Shown: positions 1-9,956, counted from the stretch's first letter. The stretch is DNA of 64,000 bases from Pradoshia sp. (GCA_045605505.1 JAZUQD010000418.1:5490-69489); one strand, 5' to 3'. The notes: generated from the letters alone by a model not told the origin. Made by a program: numbers and translations.

Positions 1-597
1 ATGAATAATGAAATTCGATTTAATGGTGTCCCTTTAAAAGAAATGCGGAAAATAAAAGAAAGTGAATATAACAAAGAAATAGATGTTGAACGCAGGAGAA
101 GGGAAGAGAATAAAAGAAAAGTTGAGGAACTGGCAAGAAAAAGAGCAGAAGAGAGAGAAAGAATAAATATAATTCTTGCAAAAGAAAAGGCTGCAGAAGC
201 AGCTAAGAAAGAGGTACGAGCTGTTTCAGAAAAGCCAAAAACGCAGGAAGAAATTCCAGATATTATAAACTGGGATTATATTAATAGTAATATAGATCAG
301 CAGCAGAAACCAGTAAAAGACGATAAAGGTAGGCGATGGGTTAAATGTCAATGCTGCGGTGAAGTAAAGAGAGATTTCGAATTTATAGAGTATGGTGGAC
401 AAGGCAGAGTTAATCTTGGAACTTGCAAAATATGTTTCTCTGAAAATAAACAGCCTCAGCATAAAGCACCTGAAAATTTTCATATACCGAAATGCCCAAA
501 GTGTGGCAGTGAACTAAAAATTAAGAATGGAAAATTTGGCCAATTTTATGGGTGTACTTCATATCCGTCATGCAGATATACGCGAAATATTGATTAA
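1..597 (+). CDS. Protein with C-terminal topoisomerase-type C4 zinc ribbon (probably 5'-truncated by window edge)
   Basis: CPKCGSELKIKNGKFGQFYGCTSYPSCRY matches the zf-C4_Topoisom pattern; second CxxC..CxxC cluster and coiled-coil region upstream. Confidence 0.7.
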   Translation: MNNEIRFNGVPLKEMRKIKESEYNKEIDVERRRREENKRKVEELARKRAEERERINIILAKEKAAEAAKKEVRAVSEKPKTQEEIPDIINWDYINSNIDQQQKPVKDDKGRRWVKCQCCGEVKRDFEFIEYGGQGRVNLGTCKICFSENKQPQHKAPENFHIPKCPKCGSELKIKNGKFGQFYGCTSYPSCRYTRNID

Positions 598-604
598 ATA
601 ATTA

Positions 605-633
605 GAATCCCCTGAGCAAAGCTCAGGGGATTC
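605..633. terminator. Hairpin terminator between convergent genes
   Basis: gaatcccctgagc-aaa-gctcaggggattc, perfect 13-bp stem. Confidence 0.8.
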
Positions 634-639
634 ATCTTT

Positions 640-1338
640 TTAGGTCTTATCAGGATTGTATGGAATGGCACAAATTTCGTTATTAACCATAAAGAATAGC
701 TCCGGGAATCTGAATTGTCTTATGTATTTGTCAATCAGTTCCTTACTCAAACTTTTGAAATTAGGTCCGCTGGCATCACAGATGAAGAAAGGACCCGCTA
801 TAACTTCTACAATTTTGCCATTTTTACGTATAGATCTGTTGAGAGTCATACCATTTAACTTACCTTCGTCATTACAAACAATTACACATGGAGCATCAAT
901 ACCGTAGAAGGTTTCGATATATCCACCGCCAATCATTTTTTGCATAGCATCAAGAGTATTATCAATTATTTTAACCTGTGCAAGTTTATCTGGTTCAAGA
1001 TAGACAACAGTTATCTTATTCTCTTTAGCTTTATTAGCATCAAAAGATATTTCCTTGAATCCGACAGTATCACAATAGTAATGCCTATCACTGTCTGCGA
1101 CATACACAACATCAGACGTTGTCATAGAACGTCCTGTATAGTCTGCAGGTAATGCGGTGTTAAACTTAATATATGCATCTTCAAGAGAAGTACATTCTAC
1201 ATCTCCGTCAAATGTAAGTACATAAATGCTGCTGTCAATCATACCGCCATGGTTAAGTTTCATAAATTCATGGTAACTCTTAAAACATACACCGTTATAG
1301 TCCATATTAATATCAATCTGATAAATTTTGATTTTCAT
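640..1338 (-). CDS. YodL-like + DUF3846 domain protein
   Basis: N-half YTGRSMTTSDVV...YCDTVGFKEI (YodL-like); C-half LDAMQKMIGGGYIE..CNDEGKLNGMTLNR..IAGPFFI (DUF3846-like); typical of Firmicutes mobile elements. Confidence 0.75.
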   Translation of the reverse strand: MKIKIYQIDINMDYNGVCFKSYHEFMKLNHGGMIDSSIYVLTFDGDVECTSLEDAYIKFNTALPADYTGRSMTTSDVVYVADSDRHYYCDTVGFKEISFDANKAKENKITVVYLEPDKLAQVKIIDNTLDAMQKMIGGGYIETFYGIDAPCVIVCNDEGKLNGMTLNRSIRKNGKIVEVIAGPFFICDASGPNFKSLSKELIDKYIRQFRFPELFFMVNNEICAIPYNPDKT

Positions 1339-1350
1339 AATTCTTTTCTC

Positions 1351-1941
1351 CTAACTATCTTGAAATTCTTCAATTACAAACCAATCATACTTCTTTTCTT
1401 CTACAAGTTTATCCGCGATAAATTGTGCTTGTCTTATCGATTCGCAGTCTTTGAAAGATCCATCAATTTCTTTTAGACGCTCAATCAGATCTCCTTCAGC
1501 AGAGAAATATTCACACCCAATATCACAATCACAAAGATATCTGTCAGGAAAGAATATTCCTTCAGTATCTGTATTGACATATACACGGCAGCCAGGTTCT
1601 TCAGCGGTATATTCCATTGAGATATTATGTTCTGTTTCACTTAAAATGCTATACCACATATCTGTGTGTGGTGCCCAGGCATCTTCTTGAGAAATTGTAA
1701 AATAATATCTGACATGTCCATCACTCCATGTTTCTTCAATGGGAGATATATCCTGTATAAACCCACGTTCACCTTTAGCTGAAGAGTCGAAGTATCGAGA
1801 TACTCTTCCTTGCCAATTTTCTGATTCATTATCTACAATAGGGAGTATCTCCAATGCACGAATAATATCTTCTCTAAAATCATCTAATACAATGTTTTTA
1901 TGACTCCAGAAGGCAATGACTGTGCTACACCAGTTTGGCAT
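1351..1941 (-). CDS. MPNWC-start DUF1281/Api92-like ferredoxin-fold protein
   Basis: MPNWC N-terminus, AWAP and YTAEEPG motifs. Confidence 0.6.
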   Translation of the reverse strand: MPNWCSTVIAFWSHKNIVLDDFREDIIRALEILPIVDNESENWQGRVSRYFDSSAKGERGFIQDISPIEETWSDGHVRYYFTISQEDAWAPHTDMWYSILSETEHNISMEYTAEEPGCRVYVNTDTEGIFFPDRYLCDCDIGCEYFSAEGDLIERLKEIDGSFKDCESIRQAQFIADKLVEEKKYDWFVIEEFQDS

Positions 1942-2232
1942 TTACTTGTCCTCCAGATATGCAATTTCAATTATTCTGTAGATATCAGAAAATTCGTACT
2001 TTTCGGAAGCAATCTCGAATTCGTTATCTCCGTACCAAGCCATAGTACACTGTTTACAGTCATAAGACTGCGTATTAAAGAGATCTTCTAACTGTTGCTC
2101 AACTTCCTTTTTCAGATAGCTAACAGCAGAATCTCTATATTGTGTTGCAGCAAGAATGTCTTTGCCTGTGTATCCAAGAATAGGATAGCTGTAATCATTT
2201 ATAACAAGATAGCAAATGTTCTTTTTTTCCAT
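1942..2232 (-). CDS. Hypothetical protein
   Basis: ORF with AAAGGAGA RBS before ATG at 2232; abuts next gene. Confidence 0.6.
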   Translation of the reverse strand: MEKKNICYLVINDYSYPILGYTGKDILAATQYRDSAVSYLKKEVEQQLEDLFNTQSYDCKQCTMAWYGDNEFEIASEKYEFSDIYRIIEIAYLEDK

Positions 2233-2243
2233 AGTTTCTCCTT

Positions 2244-2510
2244 TCATCCGTAAACCAAGCAATTTAAAAAGATTATTGTTATTGAGAGCAAAGGGAGCGA
2301 TAAAGCTCCGACAATAATTCCTCCAATCACAATGCTTCTCAACTCTTGGTCACTGATGTCATCATCTAATAAGTTGCAAATTTTGCGTAGCAAATAAAAT
2401 GACTTATAACTGATGATATCCTTTCGTTTCGGTCTTACGTATTTTGCTGTGGAAAGAGGTGAACTGTAAACCTGCATCAGCTCATCGTAATTAACCGTAG
2501 TCTGTGCCAT
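2244..2510 (-). CDS. Small membrane protein
   Basis: AAAGGAGA RBS before ATG 2510; C-terminal hydrophobic helix. Confidence 0.55.
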   Translation of the reverse strand: MAQTTVNYDELMQVYSSPLSTAKYVRPKRKDIISYKSFYLLRKICNLLDDDISDQELRSIVIGGIIVGALSLPLLSITIIFLNCLVYG

Positions 2511-2541
2511 AGTGCTTTCTCCTTTCATTTTTTTATAAAAT

Positions 2542-2577
2542 AAAAAAGGAACCAGTGCACTAAAGCACTAGTTCCTT
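2542..2577 (-). terminator. Intrinsic terminator in the 5' leader of the 2510-640 operon (attenuator)
   Basis: Minus strand aaggaactagtgc-ttta-gtgcactggttcct followed by T-run, upstream of first RBS. Confidence 0.6.
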
Positions 2578-2755
2578 ATTTACACGTTATTATTCAAGGG
2601 ACACTACGCCCTTGATAATTTTCTTTTTGATAATTTTCTCACATACAGCAAGAAAATGAGCAACTTCTTTGTACTTAAGTTACCCGGCTACTGGTTAGCT
2701 TTTTAACTAACCTAAAAATTCCGTATTAACGGCCTGCTTCTTAACAGATGTTAAG

Positions 2756-2807
2756 ATAATAAAAAATAGATTACTTATATTATAAATGAAAATGATATAG
2801 ATGTAAA
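2756..2807 (-). promoter_or_regulatory. Sigma-A promoter followed by conserved 17-nt leader motif (copy 1)
   Basis: TTTACA-17-TATAAT (2807-2779) then AATCTATTTTTTATTAT at 2772-2756; identical motif at 32511-32527. Confidence 0.7.
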
Positions 2808-2947
2808 TAATATTGTATATTTCATTTTAATAATGGAATTGCCTCAATATTGTTTTCTATATCTCAATATAAATAAGCCAGCAAAAACAAATCAAGTTTT
2901 TACCGGCTTATTAGATTTAATAAACTATTTAGAATGGGACGAATTAA

Positions 2948-3220
2948 TTATTTGTTTAGTTCAGTTCTTATTTCTAAACCATCGCCTAATCCCTTTTTGT
3001 AGTAGATGTACCCATAACGATGATTTGTTTCAAAGAATAATGCTGGTAATTGCTCATATCGCTTTTGATACTCTTGTGGAATAAATTGTTTAAAAAAATT
3101 ATGCTCCTTTTCAGCGCTATCTAAAATCTGCAAATATTTTTCATCGTTTATCTCTATGGTATCAAAAGGGGAATAATCACCGTCAAATAATTTCTCTAAA
3201 ATATTTTTGTCCTGTGACAT
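2948..3220 (-). CDS. DUF6809-like small protein
   Basis: ILEKLFDGDYSPF...YYKKGLGDG pattern; AAGGAG RBS. Confidence 0.55.
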   Translation of the reverse strand: MSQDKNILEKLFDGDYSPFDTIEINDEKYLQILDSAEKEHNFFKQFIPQEYQKRYEQLPALFFETNHRYGYIYYKKGLGDGLEIRTELNK

Positions 3221-3244
3221 TATGTATCTCCTTCGATTTAATAC

Positions 3245-3526
3245 TTATAGTGGCATAATATTTATTAGATTTTTTCCAGTATACCTGAGACATAAAATTG
3301 CCCAATTGCAATTGTCACCTCGGTTACTTGTCCAGGCACACCAGTCAGTAATGTCTGCATCACCAGATACTTTTTCAAGATATTCATTTAATGCATCTAC
3401 TGAATACTCAACGACACTTGCAAAATCTTCAAGCATCGCTTCATATGCTTCCTCGTAGGAATCATATATACCTACAACATTTGTACTCATTTCATAGGTA
3501 CATATAAGCTGATAAAAATCTTTCAT
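3245..3526 (-). CDS. Hypothetical protein
   Basis: AGGAGG RBS, 93-aa ORF. Confidence 0.6.
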   Translation of the reverse strand: MKDFYQLICTYEMSTNVVGIYDSYEEAYEAMLEDFASVVEYSVDALNEYLEKVSGDADITDWCAWTSNRGDNCNWAILCLRYTGKNLINIMPL

Positions 3527-3578
3527 GAGCTTCCTCCTAAAAACAAGGGGACTGCAATAACGCAGTCCCCATTTTCTG

Positions 3579-4142
3579 TTATATCAATCTGAGATGTGTA
3601 TCGAGTGCATCTTCAACCTTTTTTGTATCAATGCCTATGTAACGCTGTGTGGTAGCTGCAGAACTGTGCTGCAGTAAGTGTTTTACCAGCATTATATCAT
3701 AACCATTATTTTTATAAATTTCGGTTGCAAAGAATTTTCTAAAAGAGTGTGTAGAAATGTTTTCGTATTCACAAAAATCACAAACAAGTTTTAATTGTTT
3801 TTGAACTGCTCTTTCTGTGATAGGAAAGATTCTTTCATCAGGCTCTATATGATTCTCAAAACAATACATCTTAAGATAAGTATATATTGCATTTGGAACA
3901 GTGAATGTTCTTTCCTTTTTTGTTTTCTTTTCTATTATCTCTAAATGATATCTGTCGCCGTCTTTTTTTATATCGTTAAGCTTCAGCTGAAGCACGTCAG
4001 AAATTCTTATACCTAAATTTGCCTCGATTACTAATGCAGTAGCAACACGTGGATTTGGTCGAAAACCAGTGAAGCCATCTTTCATCGTCGTAATGATATC
4101 ATCGAATTGTTCTTTCGTTAAAGCTACTGTTTTCTTGTTCAT
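3579..4142 (-). CDS. Small tyrosine recombinase (catalytic domain only, 187 aa)
   Basis: LGIRISD (Arg), EKKT (Lys), HSFR (His-x-x-Arg), LQHSS, TQRYIG (Tyr); lacks N-terminal core-binding domain. Confidence 0.9.
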   Translation of the reverse strand: MNKKTVALTKEQFDDIITTMKDGFTGFRPNPRVATALVIEANLGIRISDVLQLKLNDIKKDGDRYHLEIIEKKTKKERTFTVPNAIYTYLKMYCFENHIEPDERIFPITERAVQKQLKLVCDFCEYENISTHSFRKFFATEIYKNNGYDIMLVKHLLQHSSAATTQRYIGIDTKKVEDALDTHLRLI

Positions 4143-4183
4143 ACGCTTAGACCTTTCTTCATTTTCTTTCCTTCAGTTTAACA

Positions 4184-4380
4184 AAATAGTTCGTATTCTG
4201 CAAGATTTTAGTTCGTTAATTGTCATTTTTTGGCTCAATTGCTGTTTTTCCTTTATTTTGGCCGATTTTACTGTTCGTATTATGTAATAGATTACGAACG
4301 AACGAACTTTTGATGGTAAATAAGAACTTCGTAAAATATACGAACTAAAAAAATGCGAACTTTTTAATTTGAAAATACGA
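4184..4380. promoter_or_regulatory. Multi-subsite putative recombination/operator site A (GTTCGT/ACGAAC boxes)
   Basis: Core GTTCGT-attatgtaatagatt-ACGAAC at 4273-4299 plus several further (G)TTCGT/(A)CGAAC boxes between recombinase and adhesin starts; inverted homolog at 38090-38196. Confidence 0.65.
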
Positions 4381-4392
4381 AGGGAGAACTCA

Positions 4393-7300
4393 ATGAAGAC
4401 TAGAGTATCAAAAAAACTTTCTTCATTGCTTTTAGTAGGTGTTTTATTGATATCAGCTGTTGTTGATAGTGGCATCGTATCTGCAATGAAGAGTCTGAAT
4501 GGGGAAGCAGCTTCTGATGTTATCGTTGCATATGCTGACAGTCACAGGACTACTGCAACAGCGACAAACCAGTATTGGTACAACGGACATCCAAGTATTA
4601 ATCCTCAGCCAGACAATACATTTACTTATGAAGATGGCGGCACTAATGGTCAGGTGTTTACTTCACAACTTCCACCTCCGAATATGGAAGTTCTGGAGTC
4701 AACATTTGGGGGCATACTTAAAATACGTGTTCATAGAATTCAGGCTGCTGTCAATTCCGGACAAAGACCATATCAGGATCTTTCTATGGAAATGATAAAC
4801 TATTTTCAGGAAGAAGCCAGCAAAGGCACAACTATCTTGGAACAGATGGAAAATTCACCTCCAAGTATTGCTGCGAGTATCCGGAAAACCATGGAGGCAA
4901 TCGGACTTTCTGAAAGCAACTCCTGGAGTGATTATATTGCCGGCCAGTTTGGTTATCGATCAATTGATGAATTGCAGGCAGATGTAAATAAAATGTTCTA
5001 TCAGAGAAACCTCTGGAGACTTTCTACTAACGGTCAGACATCCTGGTGCCTTGAACCAAAGGTAACGATTGGTTCAGGATTATCTACGGTGGATGCTACA
5101 ACAATTATGGGGTCTGATCAGAGAAGCTATCTGCTGGGCCTTATAGTTTCGGCGGCTACAAAAATGGGAGCTGACAGTAATGATGCCATATATCAGGCAG
5201 CTCAGGCACTTATCTGGGAGCTGATGGGCGGATTACTTAATTACGATGACCTTTCCCGTAAAGGTAACAGTGGTTACTATAATGGTATGATCGTAGGCAA
5301 CGGACTTCAGAATGAATACGAGGCTATCAAACTTTGGATTTCTGAATTAAGAAAAATTCCGTCATTCCTTGTAAATGATTACACCTACCAGAAGAGTGGC
5401 TGCAATACTTACTACTATGGAGTGACTTGGACTGAAGATCACTTTGAATTGGATGATGAACTTATCCTCAAAGATTGGAATGGTCTTGTTCTTGACTGGA
5501 AATGGGAGGACAAAGGTGTATACCATTTTGAACCTCTTGATGCTAATACTCTTAAAGTAACTGCAAGTGCCTATTCTGCAGATTCTATGGGCGCAACAAA
5601 ATTTACAGATAAGAATAGTGACAATACCCTCGTAGGTACTATTACATTTACAGGCGGTCCACAGGATCAGGCGGTAACTGCTAATCTGTATGACCCGTTT
5701 GGTGGTTGGATGAATATCGCGATGAGACGCGGTATTTCTCTTAAAGAAGATAGGGAAGGAGGATTCCCGATTTCCGGTAATACTGGTGCCCAGGTTACAA
5801 TCTCCGGCCCAGGCTATGATGGAAATACTGTTTATGACGTAAATGATCTTCCTCTCCTCCATGAGCCAGGAACATATACAATTACAGAAGTACATGCTCC
5901 TACATTCGAAGATAAGCATCTTGGTTATGTTAAAGATGCTTCTCCTATAACAATCAAAGTTACAGATGAAACTGAATATAACTGGTACACATATGACGGC
6001 GCTTCTCTGAAGAATACTCGTCAGAAAGGACAGATTGTAATTCAGAAAAAAGATGAAGCTAAAACTTATCTTAACCATTTGAATGAATATCAGGAATATA
6101 TTGACTGTACAGTATGCCACGACAACTTTCTCCTCTGTACACATACAACAGAAGAGTGGAATGCTGAACTGGCAACATTTACAACAAACTATGTAGAGCG
6201 CGGTGCCCTCTGTGTAGCATGTAATAATACATTCCCACAGTGCGGTTGTGCTAAAGATGCATATATCTCAGCGTTTAATGCTGCAGCTCCAATCAATATT
6301 GATGATGCATTCTATGCAGATCGCGATATGAGAATTACAAATCCTCTTCCTCAGGGTGATGCAACTCTGGCAGGTGCAGAATTTGAAATCTATGCTGAAA
6401 AAGATATCATTCTTGCAAACGGTGATGTTGTACATCAAGCAGGTAAATTGGTAGAAACAATTACTACAGATGCTAAAGGCGTTGCAAAATCTTCAAATCT
6501 TGATCTCGGCGTATACCGTGTAAAAGAAAAAACACCACCTACAGGTTATCAGTACTGGAGATATAAAGATAAGGATGAACTGCAGTTTGTAGTGGATATT
6601 GTCTACTCTGGTGATGAAAATGAAGCCGTACAGGAATACTACCTTGAGTACGGCGACAGTGTTATTGCAGGCCACCTTTCCCTTAAAAAGGTAGTATCCG
6701 ATGATGACCACAATGATATCTTTGATAACGATGCAGCACAGGTAGGAAAAGATATTCCTGCAGGCGGAGTTTATTATGCTATCTACCTTAAGAGCAAGCA
6801 GAATGCTGATCCAAACAGTTTTGCAAATACAAGATTGCCTGACGAATTTTTCATTCCGACATCCTTTGATAATGAAGCACCTATCTGCAATATTGTAGAA
6901 GGGGAGGGTGAAGTAATTGATGGCCTCCATTATGGTTGCTATGAATATATCGATAGCAAAGGTAATCCAACAGGAGAAAAGATAAATCCAACTCTTAATT
7001 ATCTTGTAGATGCAGATAAAACAAATGCTGCTATCAAATCTCTTTACATGATTCTCAAAACAAATGAGACAGGTCAGGCAGCAACACATGATGCAACAAC
7101 AGTTGCATATATCGCCATCCCTGGTGTTGGCGGTGAAATGGATAACGATGCAGGGCGTACAGGTTCTGATATGGATGTTTATGACAAATCCTATCCATTG
7201 CCATACGGTACATACGTTGTTTCTGAATTGAACGCACCTGAAGGTTATGATTTAGGTTATGTAGAAATCAACGGTGTTAAAGGCGAGTATGGTGCAATAA

Positions 7301-9921
7301 CTTTTGAAGTTACAATTGGCAATGAAAGCAAAGTTGCTTCAGGGGAAGCTCCATATACAAAAACAGAACAGAATACCCATCATTTTGATCTTGTAAACCA
7401 GATAATTCATCAGAAGATTTTTGTTTATAAAGTTGATAATGAATACTACGTACGTGAGAAAGAATCTACTGGTGGAGAAGAAATTTTTGAACTTGTTCCT
7501 ACTGAAGGTTTAATCGAACAGGCAAATATAAAATTTAAACTTTGGTGCTGGAATAATACCGGCAACGGAGAATATGGCCTTACATATGATGCAGACGATA
7601 TTGGCAATGAAGAAATGGGTTATTGGTATGAATATACCTATTTTGATTATCCAAAAGAAGTAGTGGTTGATACTTTTGCAACAGATGAAAATGGACGTTT
7701 TGTACTTCCAACTCCACTGGTATACGGTGACTATGCTTTTGTTGAACTCAACGCTCCATACGGCTACTGGTTACCTGATGCAGATAATACAGACGTTGAA
7801 AACGTTCCTAAAAATGAAGACGGTTCTTACCAGTCTTGGATTGGTTACACTGATCCAACAACAGGTGAATTTGTATGGACTGTAGATAAATACGGTAATA
7901 CATATGAAACCCCAATAGCTGCAGCATGTTTCTCTGTTACAAATTCAGACCCAGAAATTCGTGTAACTGTGGATGTAGAAAATGCAGCACAGAAAGGATA
8001 TATAGTCCTCAATAAAGAAGGGCTTAGATTAACAGGTTCTAAAGAAAATATTAACGGCAACTATACTGAAACACACCCGGTATTTACAGACATGGGTCTT
8101 GCAGGTGCAACTTATGCAATCTATGCTGACGGTGATGTATACACTGGTGACTTTCTCAGATATGTAAATGGTGAAAAGGTCTGCGAATTTACAACAGATG
8201 GCCGCGGTATAGGTGTTTCTGAACCAATTCATTTGGGCAAATATATCCTTAAAGAAACAAAGGCTCCTTTCGGATATCTCTTGGACGAAACAGAATATAA
8301 ATTTGAACTTACCTATAAAGGTGAAGAAGTAAGAATTTATCCCGTAGAACAGGAAAGATACGATGTTCGTCAGGAAGTGGAATTTGAAATTCTTAAAGAA
8401 AGCGAAGAAGCGGACGGTACATTCATTCCATCCAATGGCAATATCAAGTTTGGACTTTATGCAGCGCAGGATTTCATTAACCATCTCGGAGAAGTAGTAA
8501 TTACAAATGATACTCTCGTAGAAGTAATTAATATTGTAAACGGTGAAGGTAACAGTACATTGATGCTTCCTGTAGGTAAATACTATGTTCAGGAGCTTGA
8601 AACAAATGAAGAACTCGCAATGGACTATAACAAATATCCGGTAGAGTTCAAATATACTGCAGACGGTTCTGCATATGATAACCCTGAAGATTATAACTCC
8701 TCAGTGACAGGTGCCGGCAAAGGTGAAACAAAACTTGTTATCACTCTTAATGAAGGCGTTGCAATTAAAAACTACCGCAAACGTGCAGACGTTGAAATTT
8801 TTAAATCAAATGCAAAAGCTGCAGCAGTTCTTGCCGATGTAGTTCCAAGAGAAGTGTTTATGTTTGACTACGATGAAAACGGTGTTGTGGACAATAAGGA
8901 TAAAGCTGTCTTTACAAAACTGGTTTCAGGCAAACAGAAAATGACTGAAGAATATATGGCCTTGAGTGATGTGGATCTGGACAATGCTCTTACAGATACA
9001 GATGCTGCTTTTCTGCGGGAAGTAATGGAAGAACCTACTAAAAATGTAAAAGTGATTCTTGGTCCATCTAAAACAAAAGGTATTGCAAAACAGGTGTCTA
9101 ATACAGATAAAGCAGATGTATTGGCTAATGTAGAATTCACTTTATATGACTCCAAGGGCGTAGAAATTACTGTTCTCAAGACAAACGAATATGGTTACGC
9201 ATACTATAACGGCGGTTTAACAGTAGGTAAGTATAAGCTGGTTGAAACAAAAGGTCCTGAAGGATTCAAGTTTGATGCAGCAAATCCACTTATTAAGGAA
9301 TTTGAAGTAACAACAGAAATGTACAATACAGTTCTGACCTATGAATTCCTTAACAATGAAAAAGATGGTATCAAAATTACCAAAAAGGATGTTTCTACAG
9401 GTGCTTTGATTCCAAACTGTAAGATTGTAATCAAAAATGAAGCCGGTGATGTTGTGGTTCAGGGTACAACAGATAAAAACGGTGAAATCTTCTTTGAACT
9501 GCAGCCAGGTAAATATACATATCAGGAATTGGAAGCTCCGGCAGGTTATCAGCTTGATACAAGAGAATTCCCATTTGAAATACTTGAAAATGGCGGAATT
9601 ATTAAAGCTGTTATGACAAATAAAAAGATTCCAACTCCTACACCTGACAAACCTGATGAACCAGATACACCAATTGGCATCATTAAGATCTATATGGGCA
9701 AAGGCATATGGAATCCAGCAACAGGCGGCCTTGTGCAGATAGATACAGAAGCAGAGATAACATCAATGGAAGAAGATGTAGAAGAAAATTATATCGTTCC
9801 TTGTGTTAAAGACAAAACATATCTTTACTTGAATCTTATGGTTGTCTCCATTGTTGGTTTAGCAATTTGTTTTGGTTACAAGGTTTATCTGAAACGCAAA
9901 AATGAAGATGACAAAATATAG
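4393..9921 (+). CDS. Large sortase-anchored adhesin: thioester (TED/TQXA-like) domain, SpaA/Cna-B repeats, dockerin-like insert
   Basis: Signal peptide; SWCLEP and YQAAQALIW thioester-domain motifs; repeated LAGAEFEIY..TDAKG..GxYxxxExxAPxGY modules; DYDENGVVDNKD/DVDLDNALTDTD; NPATG, TM helix and basic tail. Confidence 0.85.
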   Translation: MKTRVSKKLSSLLLVGVLLISAVVDSGIVSAMKSLNGEAASDVIVAYADSHRTTATATNQYWYNGHPSINPQPDNTFTYEDGGTNGQVFTSQLPPPNMEVLESTFGGILKIRVHRIQAAVNSGQRPYQDLSMEMINYFQEEASKGTTILEQMENSPPSIAASIRKTMEAIGLSESNSWSDYIAGQFGYRSIDELQADVNKMFYQRNLWRLSTNGQTSWCLEPKVTIGSGLSTVDATTIMGSDQRSYLLGLIVSAATKMGADSNDAIYQAAQALIWELMGGLLNYDDLSRKGNSGYYNGMIVGNGLQNEYEAIKLWISELRKIPSFLVNDYTYQKSGCNTYYYGVTWTEDHFELDDELILKDWNGLVLDWKWEDKGVYHFEPLDANTLKVTASAYSADSMGATKFTDKNSDNTLVGTITFTGGPQDQAVTANLYDPFGGWMNIAMRRGISLKEDREGGFPISGNTGAQVTISGPGYDGNTVYDVNDLPLLHEPGTYTITEVHAPTFEDKHLGYVKDASPITIKVTDETEYNWYTYDGASLKNTRQKGQIVIQKKDEAKTYLNHLNEYQEYIDCTVCHDNFLLCTHTTEEWNAELATFTTNYVERGALCVACNNTFPQCGCAKDAYISAFNAAAPINIDDAFYADRDMRITNPLPQGDATLAGAEFEIYAEKDIILANGDVVHQAGKLVETITTDAKGVAKSSNLDLGVYRVKEKTPPTGYQYWRYKDKDELQFVVDIVYSGDENEAVQEYYLEYGDSVIAGHLSLKKVVSDDDHNDIFDNDAAQVGKDIPAGGVYYAIYLKSKQNADPNSFANTRLPDEFFIPTSFDNEAPICNIVEGEGEVIDGLHYGCYEYIDSKGNPTGEKINPTLNYLVDADKTNAAIKSLYMILKTNETGQAATHDATTVAYIAIPGVGGEMDNDAGRTGSDMDVYDKSYPLPYGTYVVSELNAPEGYDLGYVEINGVKGEYGAITFEVTIGNESKVASGEAPYTKTEQNTHHFDLVNQIIHQKIFVYKVDNEYYVREKESTGGEEIFELVPTEGLIEQANIKFKLWCWNNTGNGEYGLTYDADDIGNEEMGYWYEYTYFDYPKEVVVDTFATDENGRFVLPTPLVYGDYAFVELNAPYGYWLPDADNTDVENVPKNEDGSYQSWIGYTDPTTGEFVWTVDKYGNTYETPIAAACFSVTNSDPEIRVTVDVENAAQKGYIVLNKEGLRLTGSKENINGNYTETHPVFTDMGLAGATYAIYADGDVYTGDFLRYVNGEKVCEFTTDGRGIGVSEPIHLGKYILKETKAPFGYLLDETEYKFELTYKGEEVRIYPVEQERYDVRQEVEFEILKESEEADGTFIPSNGNIKFGLYAAQDFINHLGEVVITNDTLVEVINIVNGEGNSTLMLPVGKYYVQELETNEELAMDYNKYPVEFKYTADGSAYDNPEDYNSSVTGAGKGETKLVITLNEGVAIKNYRKRADVEIFKSNAKAAAVLADVVPREVFMFDYDENGVVDNKDKAVFTKLVSGKQKMTEEYMALSDVDLDNALTDTDAAFLREVMEEPTKNVKVILGPSKTKGIAKQVSNTDKADVLANVEFTLYDSKGVEITVLKTNEYGYAYYNGGLTVGKYKLVETKGPEGFKFDAANPLIKEFEVTTEMYNTVLTYEFLNNEKDGIKITKKDVSTGALIPNCKIVIKNEAGDVVVQGTTDKNGEIFFELQPGKYTYQELEAPAGYQLDTREFPFEILENGGIIKAVMTNKKIPTPTPDKPDEPDTPIGIIKIYMGKGIWNPATGGLVQIDTEAEITSMEEDVEENYIVPCVKDKTYLYLNLMVVSIVGLAICFGYKVYLKRKNEDDKI

Positions 9922-9956
9922 GGGCAGTAAAATGCCCCTAATATGAGGTACTAAGC

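Noticed and set aside
4184..4380. LexA/DinR SOS boxes
   Set aside because: Firmicutes box is GAAC-N4-GTTC; here the half-sites are in the opposite order with a long spacer
6106..6120. CxxCH as c-type heme site
   Set aside because: Single motif, second repeat has CxxCN, and no cytochrome c maturation genes in window
5362..9179. Long antisense ORFs opposite the adhesin (and similar shadow ORFs opposite tra and lysin genes)
   Set aside because: Shadow frames of strongly biased coding genes, no RBS or recognisable motifs
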